A stretch of DNA of 64,000 bases from an uncultured bacterium. Lineage in GTDB: Bacteria > Armatimonadota > UBA5829. The stretch is taken from positions 278,840 through 342,839 of the forward strand of contig CALJES010000012.1 of NCBI GenBank assembly GCA_938074205.1, read 5' to 3'. A program made the position numbers and the translations under genes. The notes under the pieces are model-generated. The model searched no databases. It was not told the origin of the DNA and was given only the letters and a program-made list of their open reading frames with translations. Positions 58,612 through 64,000 of this stretch are shown in pieces (the first letter of the stretch is position 1; the number at the start of each line of letters is the position of its first letter).

Positions 58612-61257
58612 ATGCGCGATCCAAAATCGTTGCCTACCGTATATGATCCAAGCAATGTGGAGCAGAAGTGGTATGCCTTCTGGCTCGAAAAACGCTATTT
58701 TCACGCAGAGGTTGACCCCTCACGGCCTCGGTATTGCATAACCATTCCGCCGCCCAATGTAACCGGATCACTCCATATCGGTCATGCACTCTGCTACACT
58801 ATTCAAGACGTATTAACTCGTTGGAAGAGAATGCAGGGTTACAATACTTTGTGTCTGCCAGGCACCGACCACGCCGGTATAGCTACACAAAACAAGGTGG
58901 AGCAGCAGCTTGCTGAGGAAGGTCTGACTAGGCACGACCTCGGAAGAGAAGAGTTTCTGAAGCGAGTTTGGGCTTGGAAGGAGAAATACGGCAGCGAAAT
59001 TCTTAACCAATTCAAACGAATGGGCTTTTCGTTCGACTGGGAACGCGAGCGGTTTACAATGGACGATGATTACGTGGACGCGGTCTTGGAAGCGTTTGTG
59101 CGCCTTTTCAACAAGGGTTACATATATCGAGGCGTACGCGTTATCAACTGGTGTCCGCGGTGTCATACTGCCATCTCCGACATAGAAGTCGAGTATATCG
59201 AGCAACCGAGCTACCTTTGGTATATCCGGTATCCTTACGAGGACAGCTCGGGCTACATAACCGTCGCAACCACTCGTCCCGAGACAATGCTGGGCGATAC
59301 GGCTGTAGCTGTCAATCCGAGTGATCCGCGCTACAAAGAGATAGTGGGCAAGACGGTTCGCCTTCCTCTGGTTAATCGTCTGATACCTGTCGTCGCTGAC
59401 GAGTTTGTGGACCCCGAGTTTGGAACCGGTGCGGTAAAGGTTACACCGGCTCACGACCCCAACGACTTCGAAATAGGACTTCGCCACAACCTGCCGCAAG
59501 TTATCGTGATAGGTCCTGAAGGGATGATGACAGAGGAGGCCGGTGAGCGATACAAGGATCTGGATCGCTTTGTTGCACGCGCAAGAGTAGTGAAAGATCT
59601 TGAGGCTCAAGGACTGGTTGAAAAGATTGAAGATTATGTGCACTCTGTGGGCAAGTGTGCACGGTGTGACACGATTATAGAGCCGCTTCTTTCGGAACAG
59701 TGGTTCTGTCGGATGAAAGAGTTGGCGCAGCCGGCAATCGATGTCGTTCGAGAAGGCCAGATCAAGTTCTACCCTGATCGCTACGCCCGTTCTTACATCG
59801 AATGGCTCGAGAATGTGCGCGACTGGTGCATCAGCCGTCAGCTTTGGTGGGGACACCGCATTCCTGTGTGGAAGTGCAACGACTGCGGGGAGTATACTGC
59901 TTCGAAGCAAGCTGTCGATGCCTGCTCGAAGTGCGGCAGTCCGAACGTCGTGCAGGAAGAAGACGTGCTCGATACGTGGTTTTCGTCGGCCCTGTGGCCG
60001 TTTGCGACCCTTGGTTGGCCCAAGCAGACACCAGAACTCGAATACTTCTACCCCACTGATGTACTCGTCACCGCTCGTGACATCATCTACCTGTGGGTAG
60101 CGCGAATGGTTTTTTCCAGCTTGGAGTACCTGGGCAAGATTCCGTTCCGAGATGTTTACATATACGCAACCGTGCTCAACGAAGAGGGCAAGCGGATGTC
60201 TAAGTCGTTGGGTACTGGCGTGGATCCCCTGGAAGCAATAGAGCGATTTGGCGCAGACGCTCTGCGGTTTGCTCTAATTCAACAGACCGGCAAAACTCAG
60301 GATATACGTTTCTCCGACAGACGCGTTGAGCTCGCCAGAAACTTCGCCAACAAGATCTGGAACGCTTCCAGATTCGTGATAATGAACCTTGAGGGCTGGA
60401 AACCGGTTGAACTCGGGGAGGTGCCGGAGAACTCGCTTAGACTCGAGGACCGGTGGATACTGTCGCGGCTCACTAACACTATCCGGACGGTGAACGCGGC
60501 GCTCTCATCTTACGATATGGACCACGCTGCTAGGGCTCTGTATGAGTTTGTGTGGAGTGAGTTCTGTGATTGGTACGTTGAACTTGCCAAACCCAGGCTT
60601 CGAGACGAAGCAGGCGAAAGGCATGTTGTGCAAACAATACTTTACCACGTTCTTGAGACCACTCTTCGACTCCTCCATCCGATTATGCCCTTCATAACAG
60701 AGGAAATATGGCAAGCGTTACCTCACGAAGGCGAGAGCATTATGGTTGCATCCTTTCCTGTACCGGACGATTTGCTAGTGGACGAGCCTGCAGAACGTTT
60801 GATGAACCTCGTGATGGAAGGCGTGCGAGCGCAGCGAGATCTCAAAGCAACCGCCGGCATTCCGGTTCGAAAAACCGTCGAAATAAAATGTCAGCCGGCG
60901 TCACGTGATTTGCTAGCTGACGAGGTAAAAACGCTGCTCGAGCGAGGAGCTGGCGCAGTGATCAAGTATACCGATACGTCCCCAGCCGATTCACAGTCTT
61001 GTCTGGTGCAGACCGTTCCGGACGTCGGCGTTTTCTATCTGCGGGTGCCTGAAGTCGACCGAGAGAAAGAACGCGCGCGCATTTCGGCGGAGTTGGAATC
61101 GGTCAAACGAGACCTAGCTCGTTCCCAGGCAAAGCTTGCCAATGAACAGTTCCTCTCTCGTGCGCCTGCCCAAATTGTAGAGAAGGAACGGCGTATAGCT
61201 GCCGAACTGGCGGAAAAAGCTGCCAAGCTGGAGGAACAGCTTGCGGCACTGGCTTAA
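58612..61257 (+). CDS. valS: Valyl-tRNA synthetase
   Basis: PPPNVTGSLHIGH, DHAGIATQ, WCISRQLWWGH, RMSKS, C-terminal coiled coil. Confidence 0.97.
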   Translation: MRDPKSLPTVYDPSNVEQKWYAFWLEKRYFHAEVDPSRPRYCITIPPPNVTGSLHIGHALCYTIQDVLTRWKRMQGYNTLCLPGTDHAGIATQNKVEQQLAEEGLTRHDLGREEFLKRVWAWKEKYGSEILNQFKRMGFSFDWERERFTMDDDYVDAVLEAFVRLFNKGYIYRGVRVINWCPRCHTAISDIEVEYIEQPSYLWYIRYPYEDSSGYITVATTRPETMLGDTAVAVNPSDPRYKEIVGKTVRLPLVNRLIPVVADEFVDPEFGTGAVKVTPAHDPNDFEIGLRHNLPQVIVIGPEGMMTEEAGERYKDLDRFVARARVVKDLEAQGLVEKIEDYVHSVGKCARCDTIIEPLLSEQWFCRMKELAQPAIDVVREGQIKFYPDRYARSYIEWLENVRDWCISRQLWWGHRIPVWKCNDCGEYTASKQAVDACSKCGSPNVVQEEDVLDTWFSSALWPFATLGWPKQTPELEYFYPTDVLVTARDIIYLWVARMVFSSLEYLGKIPFRDVYIYATVLNEEGKRMSKSLGTGVDPLEAIERFGADALRFALIQQTGKTQDIRFSDRRVELARNFANKIWNASRFVIMNLEGWKPVELGEVPENSLRLEDRWILSRLTNTIRTVNAALSSYDMDHAARALYEFVWSEFCDWYVELAKPRLRDEAGERHVVQTILYHVLETTLRLLHPIMPFITEEIWQALPHEGESIMVASFPVPDDLLVDEPAERLMNLVMEGVRAQRDLKATAGIPVRKTVEIKCQPASRDLLADEVKTLLERGAGAVIKYTDTSPADSQSCLVQTVPDVGVFYLRVPEVDREKERARISAELESVKRDLARSQAKLANEQFLSRAPAQIVEKERRIAAELAEKAAKLEEQLAALA

Positions 61258-61322
61258 TAAGTTCGCAGTCGGCTAGCTTATTACGAATGCCGAACAGCAA
61301 ATCTTTGGGAGAGTTACTTCTC

Positions 61323-64000
61323 ATGCAGTGGGTAGTGTCGTTTCTAGCGCTGTTGTCTTTGAACTTTGTCGTTGTGGCATCAATTCCAAGTAGAGCTTTC
61401 GGAGGAATCATGGTCGCTGCCAAACCGACTATCACGGCTCTTTATATCGGGGCGAACTGGACACCTAAGAATATCGAAGAAGAGATTTGGATTAAAGCAG
61501 AACGGCACGGGGGGTTTCGTTTGGTCGAAGCCAATCTCCCAGCCACGCAGCAAACTGACGTACGCATATGCTACGACCGCACCGCACTTTACGTTCGCTT
61601 CGATTGTTTCGAAGACCGAATGGACTCATTGGTTACGGCTTTCAAGAAAGATGGTGAACCTGTTTGGCAGGACGATTCCGTGGAGTTTTGGATTTCTCCT
61701 TATGCAGTAGCTTCGCGAGATAAGTGCTACCAGTTTGTCGTCAATGCGAGTGGAGTCAAGACGTGTTTGAAAGCCGATTTTACACCTCATCAATGCAAAT
61801 GGGAAGCTAAAACCGTAAAAATGCCTGACCGTTGGGTTGCGATCTTGACCATTCCATATACCGCGCTGAGCCCGACCGGACGTAACGAAGATTGCTGGCG
61901 TGTGTTGTTTGGTCGAAATGAGCGACCCCACATGGAAACCAGCAGCTGGCCTAGCGTGCCTCAGTTTTTCGCAACGTTTTCTCATTTTGCCCGGCTAGTT
62001 CCATCTTCATCACTTTTCCGATTCAACACGTTCAGAGGTAAACTGACAGTGTTGACGCCACCTTCGGATGCTCCTTCCGGACTCGAGCTAGTTACTGTGC
62101 CGGTCAAGTCGGCTTCCCGTAAGGCGCCGTTAGTGATTCCTGAGCCTCAGGAAATACACGTCCGCACAAGTGTTGAGCCCTTCGCTTTTTCATCTGCGAC
62201 GAAAATCATTATAGATTCGGACGCTGATGAAACGGATCTTTGGGCAGTGGAAGAGCTGAATGATGCCATCGAGCAGCTCGGCGGCAAGAGATTGGAGACC
62301 GTACATGCTTTTGCTGTAACGAAAGACCCTTCAGCAATTCGCGATGCTATCATTTTGGGGGAGACATCCAGAAACGAAGTGCTTCAAGCTATCTGCCAGG
62401 CGGAGAACATTTGGCAACCGAGTTCTCCGTGGGGAACTGGTGCGTACGTTGTAGATGTTAATAACTCGCGCGTGGTGCTGTGGGGCGAGAACAAGGTAGA
62501 AACATTTTATGCGGTGCAAACTCTAAAGCAGTTGATCCAAAAAGGGGAGGGCAGTAGGCTATACGTTCCCAGTGTCGTAATCCGCGACTACCCTCGCTTT
62601 GCCTTTAGAGGAACGCATTTACTTTCTGCCAAGGATGGGCTGCAGTATATAGGAAAACTGATCGAAAGGGTTTTGGCTCCTTTGAAGGTCAATCATATCG
62701 TGTTGCAGATGGATAAGGTTGCTTGGACGAGTCATCCGGAGATTGTGGATCCCCAGAACCATATGACCCCGGATGATGTTCGTCAGCTGGTAGATATTGC
62801 ACGGCGCCATCACATCGCTTTAACTCCACTCGTTCAGTCTCCGGGCCATCTTGAGTGGGCATTCCGCGACAAACGAAATCTTGAGTTCGCTGAGGATCCC
62901 GAACATCCCTATAGTTATTGCATGTCAAACCCCAAGTCCTACGATTTTATTTTCTCAATCATGGACGAAGCAATAGAAATGTGCGGAAATCCGGAGTACT
63001 TGCACGCTGGGAGAGACGAATTTGACATGCGGGGCAGGATGCCTTTTGACGACAAATGCAAGGAGACAGGAAAAGAAAAGCTTTACATTCAGGATACGCT
63101 TCGCATATATGAGCACCTAAAGTCAAAAGGCTGCAAGATGATGATGTGGGGCGATGTTCTAATTAGGCCGGAGTTTAGCGAGTTTGTGGACGACCTTCCA
63201 AAGGATATTCTGATCAACGACTGGCACTATGCGCCTACGGAGACCTATCCAAGCATAGACTTCTACGTGTCACACGGGTTTCCGGTTGTGGGCTGCACTT
63301 GGTACGATCCGCGCAACATTGCCCGTTTCTCCCGGTACGCTGCTGAACGCAGCGTTCTGGGAATGATGCAGACTACCTGGACCGGTTTCCAGCCGGAGGA
63401 AGTAGTGCTTAAAAAATGGCCTGAGCAGGCTTACGCATACGTTTTGTCCGCTGCCTGGGCCTGGAATCCGAAAACTGCTGATCTTGCCAAACTACCTTAT
63501 AGGGGCGACGTAGTTTTCAAAAAAGCTTGGGGTGAACTACCTTCGCATCAATCTGGCAAGTACGCCGTTGTTAGGTTGGATAGTTACTGCAATGTGGCTC
63601 GTGTTGATTCGGCGCGCAAAATAGGATGGCTGGGTGTCGGGCGCGGATACGACTTGGGGGAACTGCCAGCAGGGCTCGTTTCCATAGATGAGGTTCCTTT
63701 CTATATATTGCCTGCAAATAGGAACACGCCGTCTGCAATAATGCTCGGCGGAACTGGTGTGGCGCAAGACCTTCCGAGTGTTGTCAAGCAGGTTCGTCTA
63801 GATGGTTACGTAAAATCGCTTCGTTTCCTGCACGGTTGCGCCTATGGGGTCGAAAGTGGGTGCGGCGTCGGCAAGTACGTTGTACGCTTCGAAGACGGCA
63901 CAACGGAAATGATCGAGTTGATATGTGGGAACAATATCTTTGCTTGGGATGACCAATCGACAGCGGCTACCTACGGGCATTCTTGGAAGACTCTTCTGCG
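61323..64000 (+). CDS. Secreted CBM9/DOMON-like + GH20 beta-N-acetylhexosaminidase (3' truncated by window)
   Basis: Frame-3 ORF absent from the track, consistent with no stop before the window end; segments translated by hand give YDRTALYVRF…WQDDSVEF, IPEPQ, IRDYPRFAFRG, PGH, HAGRDE (DE at 63015-63020), MWGD. Confidence 0.85.
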   Translation, partial: MQWVVSFLALLSLNFVVVASIPSRAFGGIMVAAKPTITALYIGANWTPKNIEEEIWIKAERHGGFRLVEANLPATQQTDVRICYDRTALYVRFDCFEDRMDSLVTAFKKDGEPVWQDDSVEFWISPYAVASRDKCYQFVVNASGVKTCLKADFTPHQCKWEAKTVKMPDRWVAILTIPYTALSPTGRNEDCWRVLFGRNERPHMETSSWPSVPQFFATFSHFARLVPSSSLFRFNTFRGKLTVLTPPSDAPSGLELVTVPVKSASRKAPLVIPEPQEIHVRTSVEPFAFSSATKIIIDSDADETDLWAVEELNDAIEQLGGKRLETVHAFAVTKDPSAIRDAIILGETSRNEVLQAICQAENIWQPSSPWGTGAYVVDVNNSRVVLWGENKVETFYAVQTLKQLIQKGEGSRLYVPSVVIRDYPRFAFRGTHLLSAKDGLQYIGKLIERVLAPLKVNHIVLQMDKVAWTSHPEIVDPQNHMTPDDVRQLVDIARRHHIALTPLVQSPGHLEWAFRDKRNLEFAEDPEHPYSYCMSNPKSYDFIFSIMDEAIEMCGNPEYLHAGRDEFDMRGRMPFDDKCKETGKEKLYIQDTLRIYEHLKSKGCKMMMWGDVLIRPEFSEFVDDLPKDILINDWHYAPTETYPSIDFYVSHGFPVVGCTWYDPRNIARFSRYAAERSVLGMMQTTWTGFQPEEVVLKKWPEQAYAYVLSAAWAWNPKTADLAKLPYRGDVVFKKAWGELPSHQSGKYAVVRLDSYCNVARVDSARKIGWLGVGRGYDLGELPAGLVSIDEVPFYILPANRNTPSAIMLGGTGVAQDLPSVVKQVRLDGYVKSLRFLHGCAYGVESGCGVGKYVVRFEDGTTEMIELICGNNIFAWDDQSTAATYGHSWKTLL

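Noticed and set aside
58813..59910. Long antisense ORFs (365 aa here; also 5345-6163, 33842-34702, 38990-39898, 51001-51852)
   Set aside because: Shadows of well-supported genes on the opposite strand with no recognisable motifs
1..64000. tRNA/rRNA genes, transposases, integrases, prophage or cas genes
   Set aside because: None recognised in intergenic regions or ORFs

Overview
Bacterial chromosomal window of moderately high GC. Armatimonadota-like origin is inferred from protein styles such as the Clp-N fusion and the C-terminal OB-like module on a secreted protease. Most of it is housekeeping and carbohydrate metabolism: kdsD/kdsC with glycosyltransferases, nrdR-nrdJ, a GH130/SSS/GH39/GH51 cluster, dacB, argB-D-F-G-H, glcDF, accB-hom-thrC-purC-apgM-tilS, tandem hisA, valS, and a truncated CBM9-GH20 gene missing from the ORF track. 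The standout is a compact six-gene minus-strand operon (27527-31998) encoding all parts of a eukaryote-like ubiquitination cascade. It contains a ubiquitin-like protein ending GG-CFCVC, an E1, two paralogous membrane-anchored C4HC3 RING-type proteins (candidate E3s), a membrane-anchored JAMM deubiquitinase with a probable extracytoplasmic domain, and an HPN-Cys E2. Several components share short acidic/hydrophobic SIM-like motifs. Other oddities are a Clp N-domain fused to ornithine carbamoyltransferase, an orphan decaying CRISPR mini-array, a catalytically altered second HisA, an SF1 helicase-PLD-like-Zn-ribbon protein behind a solo PIN gene, and a self-contained small transcript with an 11-codon ORF. 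All calls come from motif recognition by eye; no database searches were run.
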